64,000 nucleotides of DNA, from assembly GCF_006345805.1 (NCBI RefSeq), contig NC_043020.1:22816001-22880000 (forward strand), given 5' to 3'. Made by a program: the position numbers and the translations under genes. Positions 51,605 through 63,800 of this stretch are shown piece by piece. This stretch comes from Octopus sinensis. Taxonomy: Eukaryota. Within the stretch, counting starts at the first letter, position 1. The number at the start of each line of letters is the position of its first letter. A model generated the notes under the pieces. It saw nothing but the letters and a program-made list of their open reading frames with translations, had not been told where the DNA came from and made no database searches.

Positions 51605-52182
51605 CGGATCTATTCGGTTTGACCGGCAGTTTTTCAAAAATAATTTCCACGTAACTAAACACTTTTAAACTTCGTATACTGTTAGAATGTGTTTATAAAA
51701 TATCTTTTTCTCTTGGCTTTATTGAGAAAATTCTATAGTTTGTAAGATATTTGTTTTTTTTCTTCAATTTCTGCAATTTCAACCAATCACTGATGTCTAT
51801 TGAGGTGAAAACATTCTCTGCCGTATGAATATGTCCCTCGTTTAAGAAACAGATTGGGTTTATTTACATTTGTGAAGAAAAAAAGATACCCATCCCCCAC
51901 CCCTAATCGTAACCCGAAAACAGATTGAAATGCAATAGATCGATACTAAGGTCATAATTATGGGTGACAATTTCATATGAGTAATAGACCTCATTGATAG
52001 GTTGAAATTGCAGAAATTGAAGAAAAAACAACAACAAATATCTTACAAACTATAGAATTTTCTCAATAAAGCCAAGAGAAAAAGATGTTTTATAAACACA
52101 TTCTAGCAGTATACGAAGTTTAAAAGTGTTTAGTTACGTGGAAATTATCTTAAAAAACTGCCGGTCAAAGTGAAAAGATCCG
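51605..52182. mobile_element. 578-bp MITE/foldback element with about 195-bp terminal inverted repeats
   Basis: Arms about 51605-51800 and 51983-52182 (CGGATCT...AGATCCG); no clear TSD. Confidence 0.85.
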
Positions 52183-52239
52183 CTCGCCGCCCTCTTTCGT
52201 CTTATACTTCAGCGAAAAGCGAAAGGCAAAAAAAGAAAA

Positions 52240-52690
52240 AATGTTTGTAGGTCACCAAGGTAACGACAGGTTCTTCTCGCAACGGACGGCGGAAATGTTG
52301 CGAGAGCGGAGAAGACGAGATTTTACGAGACGACTGACGAGACCTGGAAGCGGGAGGAGACGATCACTGCGCAGACTCAGTGAGTGTAGCTGCTGTAATG
52401 GCAGTGTTATGTTGGCGGCGAACTCTCGCCTCCTCGTACTATCGCCTTGTTTATACACACATCTATGTATATATAATATATACACTCGCTTTTACTGTTC
52501 TTCGACAACATTCCTTGGCTAGCTGAGGTGATAAGAAAAGCGAATTATTGAAAGGAAACCCCGAAAAACCCGCCCCAAGACATCCCAAACAGAAGAGAAA
52601 CCGACCCCAGTTGGTGGTTTTGCTGGTCTATTTCCCTCCTTCGTCATCAATTTCTCTTCCTTGTTCCTCTCCAACAAATCGTCGAGGTAT
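52240..52690 (+). promoter_or_regulatory. CpG-rich unique segment, possible promoter or non-coding first exon
   Basis: Locally CpG-rich and non-repetitive; donor-like CTCA|GTGAGT near 52380 and GAG|GTATT near 52687. No coding homology recognised. Confidence 0.3.
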
Positions 52691-52807
52691 TAATTACTAA
52701 TTATTATTATTATTATTATCATAGTTATCGCTGATATTAATTTTATTAATATTTGTTATTTTGAATTGCTTTAAATCAAAACAACCACCGAAGCCCTTCT
52801 TTCTTTC

Positions 52808-52842
<35 letters not shown>

Positions 52843-53571
52843 CTCTCTCTCTTTCTCTCTGTCTGTCTCTCTCTTTCTTTCTTTCTTTCCTTCCTCCCTT
52901 CTTTCTTTTTCTCTCTTTCTTTCTTTCTTTCTTTCTCTCTGTCTGTCTCTCTTTCTTTCTGTCTCTCTCTCTCTCTCTCCTTCCTTCTTCCTTCCTAGCA
53001 GACTTTCTGGTGTCATTTGGTTAATCTTGTAAATCATCCTCCAAGACAAATACTGTTTTGTTGAGGAATTACCACACACACACACACACATACATACATA
53101 TACACACCATTATATAATTTACATACACACACACACACCTTCACATATACACACACATCCTCCTCTTAAGCTCAAAACCAATTCTGGGCCCCCTAATCCG
53201 ATTGTGAGCCCTCCCTCTTAAAATTTTAGGCCATGTGTTTATATCACAAATGACTGTTATTGTTATAAATAATTATTATAAAATAATCCGCCAGTTGAGC
53301 ACTGGTGTCTATATAATTGACCCCTCCCTTCTAAATTACCATTCCTGTGTGCCGAGAGTACAAAGATTATTATTATTATTACTATTATTATTATCTATAA
53401 TTGCTCTGTAATGTCATTTATTTTAAATCAACAATTACGAATGTCTATTTTCTCTTCTTTCTCTCTCTCTCTTCCTAGCAGACTTTTTGCTGTCATTCAG
53501 TTCTTCGCTTTCGTTTTTATCTGTAAATCTCCCTCTCAGACAAAAACCGTTTTTGATGGAAAGCTTCCTCG

Positions 53572-53603
<32 letters not shown>

Positions 53604-54308
53604 TATACCAATATATAATTGGCTATACACACATACATACATACATCATATCCTTAATCCTTTTGTGACCCCTGTTAGCAAGTACAGGACTCCTTAATAA
53701 TCCACTTGTGAAACGTCCCCCTAAAATTTTAGGCCATGTGTCTGGTTTATAAATGATTATTGTCAAGTACTTGTTTAGCACTGGGGGTTGACGTGATCAA
53801 CTCGACCCGACCCCTCGTCTCCAAATTCCTGGCCTTGTGCTTATAGAATTATGTAAACCAAAATATATTTGTGAAAATAGATACCATTATCACAACCACT
53901 GCCAGTAAAATTCGGAGTAATCTTTATTCTCTTACGTACAGTATTAATCTAAAAACTTATAATATTAAACGAGTATTAAAAATACGTCGGATGTGGGTGT
54001 ATATATGCGTGTGTACATTGGTAATAACATCAACAAGAGGAATTTCAGAGATATGAAAGAGAAAAGACAATCAGAGAGTGTCTGGGATAGATAAATTATA
54101 AAGAACTACAGTTGCTACATGTAGCTTACACCTTCTCTGTCTCTCTCTCTCTCTTTATTAATTTATCATTCAGCATCCTTTCGACGCATCTTGCAAAATA
54201 TATGCATGATACGTGTGTATATAGAGTGAGAGCGAGAGAGAATTTTTGCTAAAACAAGAAAAAAGCAGCCGAGAAGATCGACCAAACGATCTTCATAACG
54301 ACGCCCAC

Positions 54309-54369
<61 letters not shown>

Positions 54370-54526
54370 CACGTGTGTATATAGAATACATTAAACCATT
54401 CCTCACGAAACCGACTTGCAGGGATCCATCATTATTCCATTTCTCTACCAAACTCTCCTTTTCTCAACTCTCTCTCTATGTGTATATATATACATATATA
54501 TATATTGACGTATATATGGACGTATG

Positions 54527-54560
<34 letters not shown>

Positions 54561-54835
54561 TACGTCCATCCATCCCTAGACATTTTGATCCTCAGATGTC
54601 GGATGATATTTAAACTGCACATTTTTTATCTAACATTTGATCCTAAATACGCCTCCTTTGTTCTTTATCTTTGCACATGCCAAGCGAACAGATCATATAT
54701 ATATACATACATACATATATATATATATGTTTAGCAGAAGCAACAGAATGACTCGAGGTCCGACAGTTTCGTGAGTTGGCACTTACCAAACTAGTTCGGT
54801 AAGTGCTTAATGCATAACAACTTGGGTTTGTATAT

Positions 54836-54872
<37 letters not shown>

Positions 54873-55062
54873 CCAACCCGACCTGTTATATTTAATACGT
54901 GTGTCTATCCGTATAATTGTCTCCATATCTGCTCTCCTTGATTCCTCTTATAGCTACTCTTTACTCCGTGGAATTAGTCCCTCGTAAAGATATCGGTGTC
55001 TTTAAGTTCGAATCATTTGAGCAATTTTAAGTGTTTTCTTTTCTGAGAATTTCTGGATCTCA

Positions 55063-55114
<52 letters not shown>

Positions 55115-55711
55115 TATACACACTTAGCTAGCAATTCCTGATTTTTTTTCTGTGGAAATCTGCGAAACATAATCAAGGTATTGCACAACTTCTATCCAAC
55201 AAACCAGATCTTTTTACCTAAATCCTTCGCCAAAGAAAAAAATAGGATCTGAAAAACAACCAATAAATAAACCAAAAAAAAACATTTCTTTAAAGAAAAA
55301 TTCCAAACAGCCCTTGCCCCCACTTCACCCCAGTTTCCACCCCCAAAGCAAAGCAAAGCAAAGCAATTAAGACTCAAAGACACGTTCGCTACAAAAGAAA
55401 CGAAGAATTAGCCCAGATGTGACCTAAAAGGAATAACTAGTTCATTTATTTATATTAATAAAAAATTAAAAAATCGTTATTTTCCTAACAAGACTGTAAG
55501 GAACCACGCATCTGCTCCATTTTCCAAGACAGCCTCCAAACATTTATTTGGTGTGTACGTGTGTAAGAAGTGTTGTTTCGCAGCCACAAAGTTTCGGGTT
55601 CGGTCCCACTGCGTGACACTTAGGGCATTTGCCTGGGGCCAACCAAAACTTTGTGAGTGGATTTTGCAGACGACACCCGATACAAACTCATCGTGTGTGT
55701 GTGGTGTGTGT

Positions 55712-55746
<35 letters not shown>

Positions 55747-57037
55747 TCCCACCGCCGCTTGACAACCTGTGTTGGTGTGTTTACGTCCCCAAAGAGTCCC
55801 ATAGTATGGTTAAGATCCAGTCACGAAAACATTTTTGTTTTCGTGACCGGGTCTTTACAAGCTCATCGTGTATGTGTGTGAGTCCCACCACCGCTTGACA
55901 ACCCGTGTTGGTGTGTTTACGTCCCCGCAGTTTGAGTAGAGTCCCATAGTATGGTTAAAACTCAGACACGAAAACATTTTTGTTTTCGTGACCGGGTCTT
56001 AAACTGTATATTGACCGATAGAGTTTAAATAAATAATATAAGCTACCAAGCTTAGTAGTGTTGATTCATTCGACTAAAAATCCGCCGAGGCAAGTGCCCC
56101 AGCATGGCCACAGTCTGGTGACTGAAACACTCTTACTTGCTTGTTAACTCTCAATATCCTTCCTTTTTGATATCCTGTTGTAATTTTATATAAAGTACTC
56201 GTTTTCCCCTCATCCGGTACGTACCACAACCGCTCTCACCCTCTCCGCCATCGTATATACACCTAACCCCTATTTTGAAAGAGAAAAGCATCTATACCTT
56301 TCGTTTATATATACATTATATATATACACACATATATGTATGTCTCTTTTCACTGGACATGTGACAAGTGCCCTCTTTAGGTGAGTACCTCTTTGCCTTC
56401 TCTTAAATACACATTGTCTGTGCGTGTGTATATACATCTGCACACATGTATGTATGCACACACATCTATTTATCCTTCCATCCATTCACATATCTGTCAG
56501 TCCATTAATCCATTTATTCATCAATCCAGCCATCCATTCATCCCCCTCTATCTTGTCAATCCATCCACCCACCCATCTCTCTCTCTCTTCTCTCTATCGT
56601 ATTTTATCAAGGTACATTCTACCCGTTTTGTAAATATGTTAGTCATAGCACCAGCTACCCGTTTCGTTGTTTTGCGGTCGAAGTAGTTACCGATCTTGCT
56701 TATACGACCTCAAATTGTTCGTCCTAAGCTCGTGGGCACCTGCCTTCAATATATATATATATATATATATAATGTTGCTCATTATGATACTAGATTTTCT
56801 AGCTAGTCAATCGGGTACCTCAATCACGTACCCGTTTCTTTTATAACAACCGGTGGAGGTTTGCTGTTATTTAGGAGGCCTGTGGTCAAGCGTTCCTCGT
56901 CTGTGATCGTCCGTTTAGGGTGTGAAATGAAGATTTGGCTGCTGTTTCTAGCTACCTCCCTGTTAAACATCACTAATAACGTGTGTGTGAGTGTATATAT
57001 ATATATATATACTCACATACACCACGTATGTCTCTAG

Positions 57038-57076
<39 letters not shown>

Positions 57077-57195
57077 TATATATACATGTCCTCTCTCTCT
57101 CCACACACACATCATATATATATATATATATACATGTTCCTCTCCCTCTCCACACACACACATATATATTATATCTATACATGTCTCTCTCTCTC

Positions 57196-57246
<51 letters not shown>

Positions 57247-57340
57247 CACACATTCAGGCATGTATAAACTGGAGTCTTGATTGTTGTTACCAAATTATTG
57301 AAGAGTACCGATGTGGGACTAATACACACACACACGCACG

Positions 57341-57559
57341 CGAGAGGGTGGGTATTGAAAAGTTCCTGGCTTTAAGGACCTCGCGGAAGGCCTAAGCTGG
57401 AGGCCCAAACTTCCGAGTTCTTTTACAAGGCTTAGAAACACTGCAGGACCGCTGCAATAAGTGTGTGAAACTGAGAGGGGGGAATATGTTGAGTAAAATC
57501 GTAATTAACCGATCCTCCTGTGTTTTCTTTTACCCAGGAACCTTTCAGCAAATCCTCGT
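57341..57559 (+). mobile_element. mariner-derived MITE (deletion derivative)
   Basis: Imperfect TIRs GAGGGTGGGTATTGAAAAGTTCCTGG / CCAGGAACCTTTCAGCAAATCCTCG; internal remnant RCNKCVKLRG(E)YVE*, like a mariner transposase C-terminus. Confidence 0.65.
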
Positions 57560-57562
57560 GTT

Positions 57563-57619
<57 letters not shown>

Positions 57620-58618
57620 TTATACATCCTAATTGTATATATGGTCCCACACGGATCGGCACTCATTATAAATAATTTTGGAAGATCGCAAGTGTGAAAC
57701 TCGGAGTAGTAGCGGTTCAACAAGCTTCAGTTACTAGCGACAACAACGACAGTGGTTATTCCATATGATAATAATAATAATAAAAATAATAATAATAATA
57801 GTGTGCGCGTGTGTAACATATTCCTCTCTGTATTCGAAATGAGAGGAGAAAATGGCTTGTACCATCACATGCGTGTTCAAACGTAATTTAATCAGTTGAG
57901 TACAGCTATATATATATTTGTATATATATATATTTGTATATAATATATATTTGTATATAGACGGTTGTCGTTTCAGTTAAGTATTATTAATTACATATGT
58001 CAATTAAATATTTGATCATAAATCCTCATTTTCATAAACGTACCACGTATTTGAGGAATAATTTTACCTTCTAACCGCGCTTTTTTAAAAAATTTCTGTC
58101 TCTTTACGAGATAACCTCGTCTAATTTTCTTCCGCCTTGTAATATATATATATATATATATATAGCGTGCGTATATGTAAACGTTGATTTGTGTCTATAC
58201 ACGCACGCATATATATACATATATATATATATATTTAACACGTATAAACGCAAAAGAATACGGAGGCAAGAGTACATCTCAACTCGTTCAAACGATATAG
58301 CTTGTTCACAAAAGGTGCTTAACGTGTGTGTGTGTATGTGAATATATATATATATATATTATAGTGTATTATTCTTCTCCCATATATATATATATTATAA
58401 TATATATATATATATATTATATATATATATATATTACACATACGTATATTATACACCCCTCTTTCTCTGTGTGTGTATGTATATGTGTTATTATATATAT
58501 ATATAGAATGGGGAAAGCACTAATACATGATCTAAGTTATATGATGTATAAAAACATGTAATATACAAATAAATATCTGTAAATATAAAACCATCCGATT
58601 TTCTGAGTACCTCATTTC

Positions 58619-58665
<47 letters not shown>

Positions 58666-58858
58666 GTATATGTATGTATGTATGTATGTATGAATATATT
58701 CCTTTAGTGCTAAATGTTTGCATTCGTTGGTTGTTAATTGTGAACACCACCATCAAAAACAATAATAATATGAATCTATTAACGGCTTCCTTCTTAATAA
58801 GTGTATGTTTGGTGTTAACCATTGTGTGTGTATATCTATCTATCTATCTATCTATCTA

Positions 58859-58902
<44 letters not shown>

Positions 58903-59437
58903 ATGTATGCATTTCGCATACATACATACATACATGTTGTATACACGCCCACTTTGTAAAACGAAATTTGTGACCGATGACGGTTTTCAGTTTCAACCCG
59001 ATTTAAAAAAAAATCTTCTTTCGCCCCTCCCCACAGATATTAAACAGCACCTTGCCTCCTCCCCTTCCATCAGGCAACCCCCGGGGTACCATCTACGTGG
59101 TCGCTCGACATGCTAGTAATAACGAGCAAAATTTCACTCAAAAATCGTTTCCGCGCTCTCTTTAATGGAGTAGGACACATTTGGCTTGGATAATGTAGTC
59201 GGTGCTTGGAACACGAAAGAAAAACAAACAATGAAAAAAAAAAAACAATAAAACACGGTACAGACTCGTTTGGAACGTCTGTTGATCATAGTAGAAGGTA
59301 GTTCGGTATGCCGCGTCAACGTTGGCCTTGGGCTAAAACGACGTTACGAACACCCTCCCTAATTCTAGTTCGAAGTGTTATATATATGCATGTACGTGCG
59401 TACTGTATATATATATATATATGTATGTGTATATATA

Positions 59438-59487
<50 letters not shown>

Positions 59488-59522
59488 ATATATGTATGTA
59501 TGTGTATATATATACATGTACA

Positions 59523-59584
<62 letters not shown>

Positions 59585-59699
59585 ATGCCTGTGTGATTGT
59601 CGATGTATATAAATCTGTCTGTTGTATATACATCTTGTTTTCGATGTATATAAATGTATGTAGGCAGTTCAATGTAATGTGTAAAAATGTTGTTTGTAT

Positions 59700-59758
<59 letters not shown>

Positions 59759-59939
59759 TATACATACATGAGATCGACTTTATGCCTAAATCTATGTAAA
59801 CACCCACCAAGTGTATTTTGGCTGTGCGTATGTATACAATTCTGTGTATGTATGTATGTATGTGTATAGAAATCGATATAAACAGTGGATGCATGTATAT
59901 ATAGAATGGAAGATCTATACACCCACCCACTTTTTTTAA

Positions 59940-60300
59940 AATTTAGATAGTTGTTGTTCGTTTCGCTTTTGTTTTTTGTATTTGTCTTTCGTTCAGCAAC
60001 GATGGGAATGGTAAAACGTCTTGTGAAACGAATCTGTCTCGTCCTTTTGTAGGTTTGGTGTCTGTTATCGTCCGTTTTATTGACTCCCGAACAGATCGAT
60101 TCACAATCGGCTCGCACTCGCGCACGCGCACGCGCGATTGATTGCTTGTACTACTTGGCTGACAAAACATTGTCTTTTCTCTCTCTCTCTCTCTCTCTCT
60201 CATTCCGTCATGAGCCATTGAGTCTCGAAACCAGAAACAACCTCTCTCCCCCCCCCTCATTCCGACACCCTCCACCATCGACTCGCAGCAATGAATGACA
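59940..60300 (-). promoter_or_regulatory. CpG-rich unique segment with (GA)n and GCGC repeats, possible minus-strand promoter/5' UTR
   Basis: Non-repetitive and CpG-rich, with GCGCGTGCGCGTGCGCG on the minus strand; inference only. Confidence 0.3.
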
Positions 60301-60386
60301 ATTGCAACGATCTGACTGGTAGGCTCCAGTGTGAAGCTTTACAATCTGCTAGAAATAGCAGCCAAATCCTCGTCATCATCCAATCC

Positions 60387-60789
60387 TCTTTACTCTTTTA
60401 CTTGTTTCAGTCATTTGACTGTGGCCATGCTGGAGCACCGCCTTTTAGTCGAGCAAGTCGACCCCAGGACTTATTCTTTGTAAGCATAGTACTTATTCTA
60501 TCGGTCTTTTTTGCCGAACCGCTAAGTTATGGGGACGTAAGCACACCAGCATCGGTTGTCAAGCGATGTTGGGGGAGGGGACAAGCACAGACATACAAAC
60601 ACATACACACGCGCACACACACATACATATATACGACGGGCTTCTTTCAGTTTCCGTCTACTAAATCCACTCACAAGGATTTGGTCGGCCCAAGGCTATA
60701 GTAGAAGACACTTGCCCAAGATGCCATGCAGTGGGACTGAACTTGCAACCATATGGTTGGTAAGCAAGCTACTTACCACACAGCCACTC
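60387..60789 (-). mobile_element. Full-length tRNA-derived SINE
   Basis: Same family as 9485-9956. Confidence 0.85.
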
Positions 60790-60948
60790 TTATCGTTTTT
60801 TTTTTGTTTTTATAAATTGGAGCAGACGTGGCTATGGTATAAGAAGTCTGCATGGCAATTTTGGCAAGTGTTTTCTACTATTGCCCCAGGGCGACCAAAA
60901 CCTTGAGTGGATTTGGTAGACGGAAACTAAAAAGAAGCCCATTGTGTG

Positions 60949-60979
<31 letters not shown>

Positions 60980-61446
60980 AAAAAACCATTTGAGTGTGGC
61001 TGTTGCCAGTACCGCCTGACTGGCCCTCGTGCCGGTGGCACGTAAAAAGCACCCACTACACTCTTGGAGTGGTTGGCATTAGGAAGGGCATCCAGCTGTA
61101 GAAACTCTGCCAGATCAGACTGGTGCAGCCATCTGGTTTGCCAGTCCTCAGTCAAATCGTCCAACCCATGCTAGCGTGGAAAGCGGATGTTAAATGATGA
61201 TGATGATGATATATATATATGTGTGTGTGTGTGTGTTTTTGTGTTTGTCCCCACCACTGCTTAGCAGTTGGTGTTGGTGTGTTTATGTCCCCGTAACTTA
61301 ACGGATTAGCAAAAGAGGCCAATAGAATAAGTACCAGGATAAGGTGAATTTAAAGTCTTACAGCCGTTTCTGGGATAACCCAAGTGGTAGGTTAGCATGT
61401 CCCCACGCACCGGGTATTCCATTTACCCTAAATTTTCCTTGTGAAC

Positions 61447-61672
61447 TCTCTACTCTTTACTCTTTTACTTGTTTCAGTCATTTGACTGCGGCCATGCTGG
61501 AGCACCGCCTTTAGTCGAGCAACTCGACCCCAGGACTTATTCTTTTGTAAGCCCAGTACTTATTCTATCGGTCTCTTTTGCCGAACCGCTAAGTGACAAA
61601 GACGTAAGCACACTGGCATCGGTTATCAAGCAATGCCAGGGGGACAACACAGACATACAAACATACACACAT

Positions 61673-61723
<51 letters not shown>

Positions 61724-62060
61724 ACAGGCTTCTTTCAGTTTCTGTCTACCAAATCCACGCACAAGGCATTGGTCAGCCCGGGGCTATAGCAGAAGACACT
61801 TGCCCAAGATGCCACGCAGTGGGACTGAACCCGGAACCATGTGGTTGGTTAGCAAGCTACTTACCACACAGCCACTCCTGCGCCTATATATATATATACG
61901 ACAGGCTTCTTTCAGTTTCCGTCTACCAAATCCACTCACAAGGCATTGGTCAATCTGGGGCTATAGCAGAAGACACTTGCCCAAGATGCCACGCAGTGGG
62001 ACTGAACCCGGAACCATGTGGTTGGTAAGCAAGCTACTTACCACACAACCACTCCTGCGC
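61447..62060 (-). mobile_element. tRNA-derived SINE with a tandemly duplicated head module
   Basis: Head module at about 61720-61885 and 61898-62060; flanked by CTTGTGAA (61438-61445) and CTTGTAAA (62060-62067). Confidence 0.85.
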
Positions 62061-62095
62061 TTGTAAATTTTCTTCATCTAAAATGGTCATATATT

Positions 62096-62154
62096 GTCTC
62101 TGACGATGGAATACCCAGTGCACGGACATACTAACCCAGAAACGGCTGCAAGAC
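62096..62154 (+). ncRNA. Hammerhead-like motif, probably inactivated (U16.1 to C)
   Basis: GTCT-CTGACGA-TGG...CCA-GAAA-CGGCTG-CA-AGAC; the inverted partial copy at 61337-61411 keeps GAAACGGCTG-TA-AGAC. Confidence 0.5.
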
Positions 62155-62685
62155 TTCAAATTTACCTTACCCTAATTAAATTATTCTACATGGCTTGAGA
62201 TACTCATTCTGCTTTGATTTTGCTTTTTCTTCGAATATATATATACCTGCTATAACAGAACCCTAACATGGATCCCTAGATCCAGCTTCAGCTGTGAACC
62301 TGGAACCTAATAGATGACCAGCTGGAGCACTTACTCGGCATAACTATTTGCTTAGATCACAAGTGAACTAAACCCCTCATATTCTCTCTCTCTCTCTCTA
62401 ATATATATATATATGTATGTATGTGAAGGCGTGTGGTTTAGCGGTTAGGATGTTGCATTCATGATCCACAGATCATGGGTTCAGTTCCCAGACCAGGTGA
62501 CGCATTGTGTTCTTGACGTGTTCATTTCACGTTGCTCCAGTATCCGTTTCGATCAGTGGTGGGGAATGTTGGCCTGCTTGCCTCGGCATCAGGGTGGTGT
62601 CATTTGAAGGCTAAAATGATGCAAAGTGCATTGTGACCAGTGATGTATAACATCTGATAATCTGGTCTGTCACATGGGTGTGTGT

Positions 62686-62736
<51 letters not shown>

Positions 62737-63109
62737 ATATATGTATAACCAGCTGAAACTGCAAAGATAACCTGGAGCTTGACTGACGAAAGAAAACTCT
62801 GAATGACCCGTACTTGTTTTTTGTTGTCCCTTTTTTGTATCATCTAACTGTCTGGATGTTTTGCTTTCTTGTTCCATTTTGGGTATTCTTTCAGATATAT
62901 ATATATGAGGAAAAAATCTATCAGAAAGTAACTCTATCTCTCTTAAAAAAACATCTTTTGATAAGCATAACAAATGCGCAACCGGTAAAAAGAATTTTCA
63001 CCTAATTAAATTACTTAAATTATTTTGTCAGCATTTTCTTCATTTCCTTTTTTATATATCACAACTCGTGTTCCACATCTCCTTTTTTAAATATATATAT
63101 ATATATATA

Positions 63110-63296
63110 TATATGATAGATCGGTAGCCACTACACACATTTTTTTTTCTCCTTGTTTTTTTCTGTGTCCCTTTCTGTAGAAGAGCGTTGGCTCGAAATG
63201 TAAAAGACTTTTTCTATTCCTGAGCGTTATACTAATACATATGTTTGTTTTGTACACCACCTGTCTTCGTCTTGTTTTTTTTTCGTGAATTCTCCC

Positions 63297-63300
<4 letters not shown>
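63110..63300 (+). mobile_element. Short hammerhead-like family copy (motif 63170-63207)
   Basis: CTTT-CTGTAGAA-GAGC(GTTG)GCTC-GAAA-TG-TA-AAAGA; between (TA)n runs. Confidence 0.55.
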
Positions 63301-63356
<56 letters not shown>

Positions 63357-63451
63357 CGCATATACACATACATATTGGATTCTCTTGTTAGATGATGGAT
63401 GAAGGTACTGCAGTTTCTGGCTGCACAACTAGCACAAATGGTTTGTTCATA

Positions 63452-63800
63452 GCTGGGTTTCTGAACCATTTTTTTTACTTATGGACCCCATTGATTGCTA
63501 ATTTAACCTGGTGGGCCCCCATAGCAATTCGATGCTTAAAAACTAGTTTCATAGAAACCACATTCAAAATCCCTATTTTGTTTTTCACACCTTAACTTTG
63601 TAGGTTGAACTCTGTAAAATGTTAGAGAAAGAAACCAAGCTGTTTCTTGCAATGCATACCATGCATATATCTGAAATATATTTTTTCAAGGGCCTCAAAA
63701 ATTTCTATCGTGGATCCCCAATTTACCGTTTCATTGTGTGGATCCCTAAAAATCTTACGTGGAGCCTCAGAAGCCATATGGAACCTGGTTGAGCACCTTT
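63452..63800. mobile_element. Possible decayed hAT-like MITE
   Basis: GGGTTTCTGAACC...TATGGACCCC at the left and GGAACCTGGTTGAGCACC at the right resemble CAGTGGTTCTCAACC-type TIRs. Confidence 0.35.

Noticed and set aside
32539-57559. SET exon plus a mariner remnant suggesting a SETMAR-type fusion
   Set aside because: The SET frame ends in a stop at 33364, and the mariner piece is a 219-bp MITE 24 kb away without a catalytic domain.
59134-59319. Small ORF with a hydrophobic stretch resembling a signal anchor
   Set aside because: The hydrophobic part comes from a poly-T tract that better fits a splice-acceptor pyrimidine run; no homology recognised.
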